DNA of 64,000 bases from Massalongia carnosa (taxonomy: Eukaryota), in assembly GCA_965645245.1 (NCBI GenBank), contig OZ287085.1, positions 124,001-188,000 of the forward strand, written 5' to 3'. Below are positions 35,701 to 46,800 of this stretch, piece by piece (position 1 is the stretch's first letter; each line of letters begins with the position of its first letter). The notes under the pieces are model-generated. The model saw only the letters and a list, made by a program, of their open reading frames with translations, did no database searches and was not told where the DNA came from. A program made the position numbers and the translations under genes.

Positions 35701-37100
35701 GTCGATACGTCCCCAATTCGGATCGGCTCCGTCTCCGTCTCATTCAACAGGCACACGACAGCGTAGCAGGTGGCCATCCCGGTCGTTCCAAATGCTACGA
35801 ACTAATGAATCGATCATACTGGTGGCCCAGTATGCATCAAACCGTCAAACGATTCATTCGTAACTGTCACACCTGTAGACGATCCAAACCATCCCGCCAA
35901 CGATACCAAGGATGGCTACGCCCTCTGTCCCCACCCGAACGTCGATGGCGTGACGTTTCCATGGACTACGTAGGTCCGCTGCCTCCGAGCACCTTCATGG
36001 GTATAACCTATCGTTATATCCTCGTCTTCATCGATCGCCTTTCCAAGATGCGACATTTCGTCCCCACCACCTCCATGGAGGTAGAAGAGGCTGCTAATTC
36101 CTTCTACCAAAATGTATGGAAATTACACGGTCTTCCAGACGCCTTGATTTCGGATCGAGGCACCCAATTCACCTCCGATTTCTGGGACATCATGTGTAAA
36201 CGGCTTAGAATTGATGCTAGGCTATCAACCAGTTTTCATCCCGAGACAGATGGCCAAACCGAGAGGGCTAATGCAACCATGGAGCACTATCTTCGGGCAT
36301 ACGTCAATTACATGCAAGATGACTGGGCCCAGTACTTACCCGGTGCCGAATTCTCCAGCAATAACACCGACTCCTCCAGCATTCTCGCCTCTCCCTTCCT
36401 GGCTAATTATGGACAACACCCCAGGGTAGGATTCGAACCCGAAGGGCCCCTTCCGCAAGACCTGACCGCCCAGGGAATCGCTAACCTGATCGCCGCCAAT
36501 CGATTCGTAGACAAGATGCGAGACGTAGACACTCACCTACGAGAAGAGATGTTGATCGCGCAGGCCTCATACGAATCTTCCGCCAATGAGAACCGCCGTC
36601 CCTGTCCTCGTTATCTTGTAGGAGACATGGTATGGCTGAACACCCGAAATATCCAGACAGCCCGTCCGGCAGCCAAACTGGACGATCGAAATGTCGGTCC
36701 TTACCGAGTCTGTAAGGTGTTCGCCAACCCTCTTGTTGTTCAACTGGAACTCCCCGACACGGTTAAAATTCATCCGGTCTTTCATGTAAATCTGCTACAA
36801 CACGACGCAGACGACCCCCTCCCAGGACAAATTCCCGAGCTTCGCGACCCAATAATAGCCGAAGATGGACAGCGAGAATGGTATGTCAACAGCATTCTGA
36901 ACTCGAAACTGGACAGACGTTATCAACCTCCGCTTCTCAAGTATTTCGTCAACTGGGAAGGACATACCCCCACCTGGGAGCCATTTCACCTACTAACCAA
37001 CTGTCAACAAGCTCTGGACGAATTCCACGAAGCCTATCCTGGTGCATCCGGCCCACATCTCACCCCCTGTTCCATTCCTCGATGTCGCTGTCATGAATAA
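32709..37100 (+). CDS. pol: Pol of Gypsy B (PR-RT-RH-IN-chromodomain), reached by -1 frameshift
   Basis: LIDCGA, YLDD, ETDASD, H..GHPG..C..C, SDRG, chromodomain. The -1 frame is open from the G GGA AAC slippery site. Confidence 0.95.
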   Translation, partial: GKRLDSAHRRAQSPILISSCLLANSFSPPLQSNTRFSAASALELFETEEAFRDSHLVVSCILRLGRSRIQALNLIDCGASGYAFIDKKFAQTHQIPLHPLKYARRLEGFDGQPALTGNITHVAEVIMDLNGHVERLFLFVTGLKTYPIVLGHPWLRRHQALADFESNSLSLSSSFCLAHCSPHPVKVKAYTGEKFLSPAESQEVWESENYSSNSQILSEKPVLSDKTTPRDSKTTSLENQDISRIEKAIEQGDSPKIRYRSPSSYRTSTQRHAAQQNRNPPVLDVCEIGALNFNYLGRKKSHEMFALSLKEIDHFLGLTQPEPKPEPKPESRLRQETDWAHSKPTYQPNPRSSPSEKKYHLALFRMNQALTQLCSVTEPEPQPLTLQSSVTAEELNAYRERKNVDPAPLLPKQYHDFLDVFSKKESDVLPEHRPYDHAIKLKEGSPIPNQALYGMSRTEIEELRRYLDENLSKGFIRASKSPAASPVMFVKKPGGGLRFCVDYRGLNAITIKNRYPLPLITETLNRLSRAKIFTKLDIISAFNRLRIKEGDEELTAFRTRFGLFESLVLPFGLCNGPASFQHFINDTLREYLDDFCTAYLDDILIYSEIESEHEIHVKRILIKLREAGLQVDITKCKFHVTEVAYLGLIVTTEGIKMDPAKIETVTHWPIPINMKDVQSFLGFANFYRRFVYGFSKIAGPLTNLTKKEVSFQWTDKCQQAFETLKKAFTSELILMHFDPDRPIIVETDASDYVSGGILSQYDNENVLRPIAYFSKKHNPAECNYEIYDKELMAIVRCFEEWRPELEGSAHPISVISDHKNLEYFASTKQLSRRQARWSEFLSRFDFKIVYRPGKAGGKPDALTRRSGDLPKEGDETDERHKHQHQTILKTHNLDDEVAKSFLSTIILAPAFIEQDPESVEHDHEFIEPEPQLDQPADQTNPGQDPTDVPTQLLWEQALEQDQFSLKVLDMLRNNVRYHNGIQLAECEDKEGILYFRNRRYVPNSDRLRLRLIQQAHDSVAGGHPGRSKCYELMNRSYWWPSMHQTVKRFIRNCHTCRRSKPSRQRYQGWLRPLSPPERRWRDVSMDYVGPLPPSTFMGITYRYILVFIDRLSKMRHFVPTTSMEVEEAANSFYQNVWKLHGLPDALISDRGTQFTSDFWDIMCKRLRIDARLSTSFHPETDGQTERANATMEHYLRAYVNYMQDDWAQYLPGAEFSSNNTDSSSILASPFLANYGQHPRVGFEPEGPLPQDLTAQGIANLIAANRFVDKMRDVDTHLREEMLIAQASYESSANENRRPCPRYLVGDMVWLNTRNIQTARPAAKLDDRNVGPYRVCKVFANPLVVQLELPDTVKIHPVFHVNLLQHDADDPLPGQIPELRDPIIAEDGQREWYVNSILNSKLDRRYQPPLLKYFVNWEGHTPTWEPFHLLTNCQQALDEFHEAYPGASGPHLTPCSIPRCRCHE

Positions 37101-37639
37101 AACTGCTTCGCAGGAGCTCAGCTCTTGAAAGGGGAGCTACTGTCATGAAATCGAACCAACCCGATCCAGAATCAATCCCGCAGATGAATCTGACTAAGCT
37201 CCCGTTCCTCTATTCAGCTTAGTCAGAATCTCATTAACTAAATCGAGTTTAGACCCCTCTCAACGGCTTCAGGTCAAAGCTGTACCATCACCATCAAAGC
37301 GTACCAACGACAGGAGAACCTCATCTCCACCTTTTATCGTCAAACACCTCGTCAAACCTTCGTGCCGTACGTCTCCTAATAGGGGGAGATGAACACTGAT
37401 CGAATCTTCATGCAAAGGGGTTCGAGACAAATATAAAAGGAAGGACAAGTTAATTAGATTGTTGACTCCTTGTCCGACGTCTTGTATAGCAATCCATCAC
37501 CTAGCTATAGCCTTATTAATAAAGACATCTTGATCACCCAATCCAATTCCTAGGAACATTAGTTCAATCCCCTGCCCAGTCCTTGACATCATGCTACTAT
37601 ACCTACAAAGTGAATTTATATTTCATAGAATCAATCCGC

Positions 37640-37800
37640 GGGAGCGGCGAACCCCCGATGAAGCGGATACGCAGGAGTAGTTTTTCACCTTTGGGTTTTC
37701 TACTTAGTACATAGCATCTCCCGCATGGGCTGGCCTTCGGCCGGTGACACAACGGCGTAAGAATAATCAAATCAAATCAAATAATAATAATAATCAATAA
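37640..37800 (+). mobile_element. LINE/SINE-like 3' end fragment
   Basis: CCCGCATGGGCTGGCCTTCGGCCGGTG stem-loop followed by a (TCAAA)n/(TAA)n tail; a related copy lies at ~51995-52062. Confidence 0.6.
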
Positions 37801-38099
37801 TGAAATAGTTGATGTAGTCAAAGGCGTCGTGTTGATAAAATGGAAATAAAATTGCGAAAAGACGAACTTTGCTTTCCCCGACTAGAGGCGAACGCCTCAA
37901 GTCGGCACGAGGTAAGCGAGAGACTAGCCGACGATTATATAAATTTTTAGATTTATATAATTATATAATTATAATCATAGATTTATTCAATATTTAGTTT
38001 AGATCATATATTTTTTCATTTTAAATTTGCATTTTTCTTTGAACCTTTCAACATTTTCGTGAAATTAATTAACTTTGTCAAAGTGAGTTAACATAAGAA

Positions 38100-39560
38100 G
38101 GAAATACGAATGTTGTGAAGAATAGAAAGGAGAAAAGTCATATCAAATCATTATCTCATTAACGAGCATCATTGTAAGCTTAACTTCCTCATTTTTCAAC
38201 TCAGCGATATAGCTGGATTTCTCTCGGGTCGCGGATGTTGGACTTGAATAAACGGGTTGACTGTCTCAAGCTCAGGAATGCACGGAAGAACCGTATGCGA
38301 ACGTTCAGTCGATTGAGGAGAATGTGGGGCTTTCGAATCGTTGACTGCAGATGTCTTGTTCGAGGAACTCTAGTGGTTCATTCGTGGCTCGGCTTGTGTA
38401 GCTGTTGAAAGTATCTTCCATCTCACTGGAGATTTCGTGACAGTTTGAAGACTCCTCATCGTCGAGCGCTCCTCGGTTGCCGAAGATTGTAAACTCGCTT
38501 GAGGTTTCGGCCTCGTTGGTTCCATCTCTGCCGTTGCTAATTCTCCCATCACCGACTGATTCCATGCCGTTGGCCCACCGCCTGCTGTTGCAGCTGAAGA
38601 CAGAACGAATGCGGCATCTGTGCAAGCATTGTTTACTGAATAGCCGAAGGAATCCCTTGATCGCGTTTGAGAGTCCCGATCGTCTATGGCTTGAGAATGT
38701 AGATGAGACTGCTGTTGATTAGGCAGAGCCGATAGAAAAGCCGTGAGCGGGCCGTCAAGTTCCGCCCAATTCTCCGCTGCCATTACTTTCCCATCTGCGG
38801 TTGAGGACTTTCTCGGTGCGGGCATCTCTTCCGGACGTGGTGACCCCTATCCGCTGAGAGCTCCGCCACACTTGACAGTCCTGCGATTGAGTATTCCGCT
38901 GCCATTGGGTACTCCTCCGCCAACTCTAATTCCGCCACCAATCCATCCGCCACTGTTTGCCCCATTGTCGCAGCTTCCACCGCTGGATGGTCCACCGTCA
39001 TCGCTTCCGGCGCAGAAAGTTCCGCCTCCCACTCCTTCATCAGCTCATCGGCGGGTTGGGATGACTCTATATTTTGCGTTAGCTTCGTTACAGTCATATG
39101 AAAGGTAACCAGCAATCTTGATCTATCATCGTCCTGCATCTCACTGACAGTTTCATGTGTTTCCTGCAATCGCTGGCCGACTCAAAACGCTTGGGGCAGT
39201 GAGCGCACACGAAAGCAAAACGGGCTACGAGACAATTGCGGTGCAAGACGTCTGGAGATTAGTGCAGATGCTCACGAAACGCATCCTTGCGGGAATATCC
39301 GCGCGAGCAAACCGGACATTGAATGGGCTTCCTTGCTTTCGGTCTCTGGAGCCTGGTGTTTTCGGCTGTCACCACACGGTTGTGCCTTTGCTCCTGTTGA
39401 ATTTGCGAAACATCCACATCGTGATTCCATCGTCGTCCAGTTCAGGGCGTTCCGTCATCCGCGTGCGGGAGTCATCCTCATCTGACGCATCGGCTTTTCC
39501 ACGATTTCTTTTCGAAGACACGGGAAGATCTAACTTCAAGGATATGGAGGCCATGTAAGG
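38100..39560 (-). pseudogene. Decayed C2H2 zinc-finger protein gene
   Basis: A frame not shown in the ORF track reads KPIQCPVCSRGYSRKDAFREHLH*SPDVLH...FVCAHCPKRFESASDCRKHMKLSVRC (~39330-39135), with TAA at 39261-39259. Downstream frames are broken and increasingly AT-rich. Boundaries approximate. Confidence 0.65.
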
Positions 39561-40316
39561 GAGAAGAATACCGTTGAGAGTTCCAATTAACAGAACGCAA
39601 AGGAGAGTGGGTGGGCCGCGAGGAGACCCTACAGACACCGAATGGACTTTCCATCCGTGGTGGGTGAGATAGTCTCGGCAACATCTTGCGACCAGCAATC
39701 GATGGTGCAACTGCTTTGTTCTCTCAACCAGAAGCAGAGGAAGAAAAAGAACGAAGCTGCTTCACGTCTGCGGGGAGATTAGTCATCTCGGAATGGTGGC
39801 CGAACGGGGGTGCTGGAACCTCCGAGTGGAGGTACCTGTAAGACGACGTGCACGCAATATTGTGTGCTGTGGCGTAAATGCGCTTGACTTGAACGCGTTT
39901 TACGAATCGTCACATGTTTTTTGTATGACAAACCACTTCGTGGCTGTCATTATACCAATTTCATCAATGCCCACAGCCAAATTAGGTGATCTGTAGTTAG
40001 TGTGTCCCATGTGAAGCAAGGCCATTCGGAGAAGTTAGACCCTGACTCGGTTGGGGTTTAGTGTTTTGGCACGATTTCGTGATCTGTTGCACAATTATGA
40101 GTCAGCCATAAGTCAGCCATAGGCGGAAGTGCGGAATGACAAGCCGTGATCTATCTAATCTTATCTTGGCGATCTAGTGTGGTAGTCACAGCAACGTCTC
40201 TGACCAAGGGCAACCAAGAAGAGATGGGTTAGAAGAAGCATCGCGATACATGAAAAATATCGATTGCGGGTGCACATGTTTATTGACATAATTGACATTC
40301 CCTTGTAGCCTATAGC

Positions 40317-42500
40317 ATGGCTTTACGACGGGAGTCAGATTTTCAGCGACTGGAGGAACGTTTGAGGGAAGCGGAACGGCGCGTTCGTGCTACCACCTTT
40401 GACGAGTACGTAAAAGCCTGTCATGAACACATCTCGAAGCGCTTTTCCATTCAAACAACCGAGAGTCTGGCCACGACGGGCGCGCTCACCAGCGTGACGG
40501 GCAAGGTTTGTCCCGGCAAATTACGGCGTTGGGAGACCTTTTACGACGCGCAAGCATCGTGTCTGAGCCATGCGCGAAAACTCTTCCACGCGGATGACGG
40601 GCCTCGGGCACGGCGATTTGCCACGGTGCAGCATCTGAAAGAGCTGGGAGACGACCTCTGCCAGCGGAAATACGCCAGCGAATCGGATCTCGCAATTTAC
40701 GAGCGGCTCGCCGTGGAAGGGCCAACGGCGAAAATTATGGAACAGCTGAGCCAGCTGACCGAGCTCGATGGCCTGGTGTTTGATAACCATGCGAATTCAT
40801 TGAACGATCAAGGAGAAGAGGCGCTGGAGCGTGATGTGACGGAGGAGCTACAGAGCTTGGCAATTCAGGAGCATACAACCACGCACGAAGCGTCAGCTGT
40901 GCTGAAAGGTGGTCGACCGGATCAATATTGTATCTACAAGGCCGCTGGTAGCCACAAGTTGCTGTTGGTGGCCGAATACAAAGCCGCACACAAACTTTCC
41001 GTAGCAGACCTTCAACGACGACTACGTCCCATGGACCTCATTAGCGATGTTATTAACATCGCCAAGTGGGAGACCAAGCAGGACGAGTGTGATCATAAAG
41101 CGGACTGGCGCATCGGATCCGCGGTCACGCAAGCCTTCTCGTACATGATCGAGAATGGGCTGGAGTACAGCTACATCACGACCGGGGCGGCCCTCGTCTT
41201 CCTCTGGGTGCAGGCGAATGACCCAGCCACCGTGTATTACCACTTGGCCGTGCCGAGCGAGGACGTGGACCAGAATTGCTTTGATTGGCAACGCACGTCC
41301 ATCGCTCAAGTGCTTGGCCTATGCCTGATGGCCTTTCGGTCCAAGCAATCGACCGAGAGGGATCAAGCGTGGCGGGACAAGACAATCAATGAGCTGGACA
41401 TCTGGGAGAGAAATGTGGATCTGTCGAGCCAATCCGACGAAGACGAGAAAAAGACCGAAACTCCGTGTTCACTGTTCAAGGTCAAAGGCGGATTCAAGAT
41501 CATGAAAGACCCGGAACGCACTCCGATCAAGCTTCGGCTGAGACCAAGAGAACGCTGCGCACCAGCTTCGGTGGTCGATCCGAATCCTGACGAATCATCG
41601 TCGGATAACCCTTCGGAATCGGAGAGGCAGATGAAAGATCAAAGTAGGGATCACACGCAGCAGCCACGACATCAACCGAAGGAGCAAGATCAACTGCCAC
41701 GAAACGAGGACCACGGCCAAGGCAAACACCACACCCGACAGTATTGCACACAGAAATGCTTGCGAGGGATCCGTCACCACTCCGCGCTGGACGAGCTCTG
41801 CCCCAACGTGTCGCAGCATCGGAGAAAGGGTTGCCATCACACTGTCAGCCTGCAGCAGTTCACGGCGCGGGTGAAAGCGCAACTCAACCGGACCCTGGAT
41901 CGGGACTGCGAACCGCTCGGCCAACAGGGGGCCCGAGGCGCACTGTTCCGAATTCGATTGGCCTCGCACGGTTATGTCTTCGTGGCCAAAGGGACTATCC
42001 GCGCGTTTGTGCCCGACTTGCTACACGAAGGAAAGGTGTATCAACAATTGCAACACCTTCAAGGCCACGCCGTCCCGGTTCATCTGGGCAACATCGACCT
42101 CGCCAAACGCTACCGCCTCGACGTCGGGGTCCACATCGTGCACATGCTTCTCATGTCCTGGGGCGGGGAGACGGTCGGGGTTGATGACGAAACGGCACAC
42201 GACAGGCCCGGGTTTTCCGAGAAACTCCGCTGTACAGTGGCCGGGGTGGCGCGAGCGGGAATCGATCAGGCCGATCTGCGCATGCCGAACGTCCTGTGGA
42301 ACCGCGAACTCGATTGCCCGATGCTGATCGATTTCGAGCGCGCCGTGTTTCTGCGACACTCTCGGTCTCGATCGAAAGGGGGAAGGGCGGTATTGCGCGA
42401 GGTTTCGTTCAATGAGCAGGCGGTGGATGACGGCGGCGAAAAGAAGGGGAGGAAGAGGGTAAGAGGAGGAGGATGGGGAGGGGGAGTGGAAATGGAATGA
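40317..42500 (+). CDS. Spok-family (spore-killer-like) protein: coiled coil + PD-(D/E)xK nuclease + Cys cluster + kinase-like domain, 727 aa
   Basis: Motifs in Spok order: TTFDEYVKACH, GKVCPGKLRRW, RPD...EYKAAHK, TQAFSYMIENGLEYSY, TRQYCTQKCLRG..LDELCPNVSQH, GYVFVAKGT, HEGKVY..L.HLQG..VPVHLG, MLLMSWGG, ADLRMPNVLWN and IDFERA. Intact, intronless ORF. Confidence 0.88.
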   Translation: MALRRESDFQRLEERLREAERRVRATTFDEYVKACHEHISKRFSIQTTESLATTGALTSVTGKVCPGKLRRWETFYDAQASCLSHARKLFHADDGPRARRFATVQHLKELGDDLCQRKYASESDLAIYERLAVEGPTAKIMEQLSQLTELDGLVFDNHANSLNDQGEEALERDVTEELQSLAIQEHTTTHEASAVLKGGRPDQYCIYKAAGSHKLLLVAEYKAAHKLSVADLQRRLRPMDLISDVINIAKWETKQDECDHKADWRIGSAVTQAFSYMIENGLEYSYITTGAALVFLWVQANDPATVYYHLAVPSEDVDQNCFDWQRTSIAQVLGLCLMAFRSKQSTERDQAWRDKTINELDIWERNVDLSSQSDEDEKKTETPCSLFKVKGGFKIMKDPERTPIKLRLRPRERCAPASVVDPNPDESSSDNPSESERQMKDQSRDHTQQPRHQPKEQDQLPRNEDHGQGKHHTRQYCTQKCLRGIRHHSALDELCPNVSQHRRKGCHHTVSLQQFTARVKAQLNRTLDRDCEPLGQQGARGALFRIRLASHGYVFVAKGTIRAFVPDLLHEGKVYQQLQHLQGHAVPVHLGNIDLAKRYRLDVGVHIVHMLLMSWGGETVGVDDETAHDRPGFSEKLRCTVAGVARAGIDQADLRMPNVLWNRELDCPMLIDFERAVFLRHSRSRSKGGRAVLREVSFNEQAVDDGGEKKGRKRVRGGGWGGGVEME

Positions 42501-43827
42501 TTGAGGAAGGGGAAGGTAGGATCGAACTGTCGCAAAAGATTGGAAGAAGAATCTTGATGAGACTCGATATTGAGAAAGTCGATGAGATAGAAAAAAAAGA
42601 AAAAGAATAGATATTAATCGACTGTAAAAACAGAAATCAAGATAAAAAACTTTTTTTTGAAAAGATTTCGTGTATGAGAATTTTTTCAATTGGCGATTTT
42701 TTGGAAGTATACTGGTAATAATAATAAAGATTCAGATTTAAAGCCGAGTTTTATTTAATGATAAGTTTATTAATTAATTCGAGATTTGTGTTTTGAATAT
42801 CCCTTCGTCTGGCAATTTGTAAATAAGAAGGTAAACAACAGTTGAAAATCATTAAAACATCTACAATTTCTTTAGAATAATCATGAGAGGCATTGAGATA
42901 GAAGTTCCTGACTAATCAGACGCTTTCCCCCCTCAATTCTGAAAGAACAAGCCAAAAAGAATAAACCTAGCGTACAAAGTATAATTGACTCCATGCCCCC
43001 TCCGTAATCAAATTATTGTCCAATTTCGATCCCATTTCGAAAACCACAGCCGGACGAGACGTTGCGCTTGATAAATCAGACTCCTTTCAGTTTATTCTGC
43101 CTCTTCCTTAGCTTTGAAATGCTTGAAATCATTGCTAAAAACACCAATCTTAAAGCGAAAAAGAAGTATGCCCTAAACGACATCAAGAGACGTCAATGGC
43201 ATGACACCTCTTCTTCTGAAGTAGGAGCTTTTCTGGGAATTCTGTTATATATGGGGTATACATTGATGCCACGTCTTACTGACTATTGGAACACGTCTCC
43301 TAAATTTGCCATACATGACATGGTGATTCAAGCCATGAGTCTTCGAAGATGGGAGCAACTCAAGCGATTTTTGAAGATATCCAACCCCGACGAAGATGAG
43401 ATCATTGATACTCGAGGCCCTGATTTGTGGAAAAAGCTGGAACCATTGGCCACAGACTTTCGAAAAGCATCAAAGATGTAGCACGTCGACCTAGATAGAA
43501 ATCTAATAGGGACTATGTACGAAAACTAGTAAGATGAAGAAAGAAAGCTATGTACAGATCGCCGGTTAATAAACACTCATACCCGTGCTAAGCCTAATGC
43601 AGGTTTTCATCACCGTCGTTGAACTGCTCATACCACGCGTGTTAATAATATCGCTACAAGCAGTGCTAAATCCGTTTTCGGTTAGATAAGGTGAATAGCA
43701 CTACGTCATGTGTTGCCTGAGGTTAGAGCGTTGTAATCCGTGACATTACCCCCTTCTTTAGATCGCGAATCACCTGATCGCGATTAGCGCCGTTCTTGTC
43801 AGGTGACGTAATTCCCGTTGACTGTTG

Positions 43828-46800
43828 TCAACCTGGTGCGAAATTCCACCGTGGTTTGCTAGGATAGCGCAAATAGAAATCCTCCACTATCTCCTTAGCA
43901 TTTTCAAATCCATTAGCATCGTACCAATCTGGATCTTCCGGATGGTCCTTCCATTTGACTCGAAATTGCACCTTTCCTCTTCGCCTTCTGGCATCCAGCA
44001 CGTCATCAACTTCCCATTCTTCCTTACCTTCTATCACTACCGGAGGGGCTGGATCATTGATCTGCCCTGGTAATGGATCCACCGCGGCCTTTCTCAATAG
44101 ACTAGTGTGGAATACATTATGAATTTTCATCGATTCGGGCAGAGCTAGCCTGCACGATGACCCAATCATCTTGTCTATTCGGTACGGTCCGATCATCTTG
44201 TGGTCCAGTTTCTTCGAAGTTCTCTCGGTATGGATATTTTTCGTTGACAACCAAACCATGTCGCCCTCTTCATAGCTGACCTCCTTTCGATTCTGATTAG
44301 CCACCCTTTGCTGTCTATCCTGCGACTTCTTCATGTTTTCGTGAACGAACTCCCAGGTTTTCTTCATCCTTTCGGTGATATTTTGGGCACGTTCCTTAGC
44401 TAACCTTTCTCGAGTAGTATCTGCAGATAGATCAACCACATCGAAACTCATCCTTGGTTCATATCCCTTTGTGGCCATAAACGGTGTCAACTTGGTGGAG
44501 GCCGATTCGCAAGCATTGGCCGCAAACTCCGCCATCGGTAGTAGCATCACCCAATCATCCTGGAAATAGTTTACATAGCTGCGCAGGTGACGCTCCATTT
44601 CCTGATTGGCTATCTCGCTCTGGCCATCGGTTTCCGGATGAAATGCTGTGGAGAGTTTGGCCGTTATACCCAGTATTTTGCACATCGTTTTCCAGACCGC
44701 CGATACAAACTGCGGTCCCCGATCGGATACTATGCTACTGGGCAACCCATGGTATTTCCAGACGTTATTGATCAACAACTTCGCCGTTGCTTCGCTCGTG
44801 GTTCCATGTTCCTCGGTAGTGCATGGTATGTAATGCCTTTCCTTCGATAATCGATCTACCACCATAAGAATCGCATTGAATCCTTCGCCCGACAGTGGAA
44901 GGCCCGTTACGAAGTCTAGTGATATATCCTGCCATGGTTGTTCGGGTATAGATAATGGCCTCAACAAACCATTGTACTTATCTCTAGGTGCTTTCGCGCG
45001 TCTGCAAAAATGACAATTCCGTACATACCGTTTGATATCCGCTTCCATTTTGGGCCAGTAGTAATTCCGAGTTATCATCTCCAAGGTTCGAGCGACGCCA
45101 GGGTGCCCTACAGCTGGCTGATCATGAATCTGACGGATTACCTCCAGTTTCAATTCATCCTGTGCGGGCACCCATAGCTTATTCCGCTTGTATAGCAAGC
45201 CGTCCTTGACCTGACAGTCTTTTAACGCCGGCGAGTTTTCCGAGTCTGAATCAAGTCCAGTGCTTGCAGCACTCAATGCCTGACGCATATTATTGCAATC
45301 CTCATCTGTGACATTGCCCTGCCTTACCTTTTCTTCCAAGGTCTGAACAGTCTCTTCCGTTTCTGTCTCGATGGGCGCCAGTTCGATGCGATTGCGGGGC
45401 AACAGAGTCTGTAGCTGATGCTGTTGGCGTTCGTCCTTCTCATCCTTGGGCTTATCATTGGGTCTCCGGGTTAGAGCATCAGCCTTTTCATTATTTTTAC
45501 CCGTTTGATAAACGATGACGAAGTTGAACTCAGATAGGAATTCCGCCCATCTAGCCTGTCGACGGGTCAACTTTTTGGTAGTCATGAAAAATTCCAAACT
45601 CTTGTGATCGGTGAAGACCTTTATAGGTATTTCTGTGCCTTCCAATTCTGGTCTCCATTGTTCAAAGCATCGAATGATAGCTAACAGTTCTTTATCGTAG
45701 ATCTCGTAATTGCACTCGGCCGGGCTCATGTTCTTTGAGAAGAAGGCTACCGGATGCAACTCGTCATCCTCACCCATTTGGGACAGAATACCCCCACTGA
45801 CATAATCCGAAGAGTCTGTTTCTAACCAACACTGTAGTTTTGGATCGAAATGAGCAAGAACAGGTGCTTCCACCACTCGATCCTTCAGGTCCTGGAACCC
45901 CTGAGCGCAAGCTTCGGTCCATTCGAAGATTCTATCCTTCTTGGCCAGTGCATTTAATGGTCCAGCTAGTTTGGAAAAGCCTCGAATGAAGCGCCGATAG
46001 AAGTTGCAAAAACCTATAAATGATCGCACCTCGCGAAGACAGGTAGGAACGCTCCATTCCATGATAGCCTTTATCTTTTCCGGGTCCATCTTGATACCAT
46101 CCGTGCTGATGATCAGGCCCAAATACTTCGTTTCAGTGACGTGGAATTCACACTTATCCACATCGGCTTGAATGCCTGCCTCTCTTAACTTGGTGAGCAC
46201 TCCCCTTACATGCTGACGGTGTTGTTTCAGATTTCTGCTATAAATCAGAATGTCATCCAGATAGGCCGTACAAAATTTGTCTAAGTATTCAAAGAGGACA
46301 TCATTAATGAAGTGCTGCCACGAAGCCGGTCCTCCAGTCAATCCAAATGGTAACACCTTGTATTTATAGGCCCCAAACCGTGAGTTGAAGGTGGTGAGGT
46401 CCTCCGACGCAGCCTCCATCCGAAGTTTATGAAAGGCCTGACGAATATCTATTTTGGAGAATATTTTAGCCTCTTTCAACTGAGCCAACGTTTCCTCGAT
46501 CAAAGGTATTGGATAACGATCCTTTTTAGTGATCTGATTCAGCCTTCGGTAATCTACGCAGAACCGTAATCCACCACTAGGCTTTTTCGCTAACAGAATG
46601 GGCGATGAGCATGCGGCATGGCTTGCTTCGATAAAGCCTTTTCTGAGATTGTCTTCTAGATATTTCTTGACAAACTCCAGTTCTTTCTGGGACATGCTCC
46701 GAAGAGGACTATATCCATGATCTTTACCCCCTTCGAGCAGTATCTTGTGATCATGCAATCTATGAGGTGACAACGTATCAGAATCTATCTTCGAAAACAC

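Larger units (their letters stand above)
31010..37588 (+). mobile_element. Ty3/Gypsy chromovirus B, full length, apparently intact and young
   Basis: 448-bp LTRs 31010-31457 and 37141-37588 with no difference seen by eye, TCATG TSD (31005-31009 / 37589-37593), PPT GAAAGGGGAG, uninterrupted gag and pol. Confidence 0.98.

Noticed and set aside
40486..42689. Numerous alternative-frame and antisense ORFs over the Spok-like gene
   Set aside because: Expected shadows of a GC-rich CDS; there is no evidence for a separately encoded antidote.
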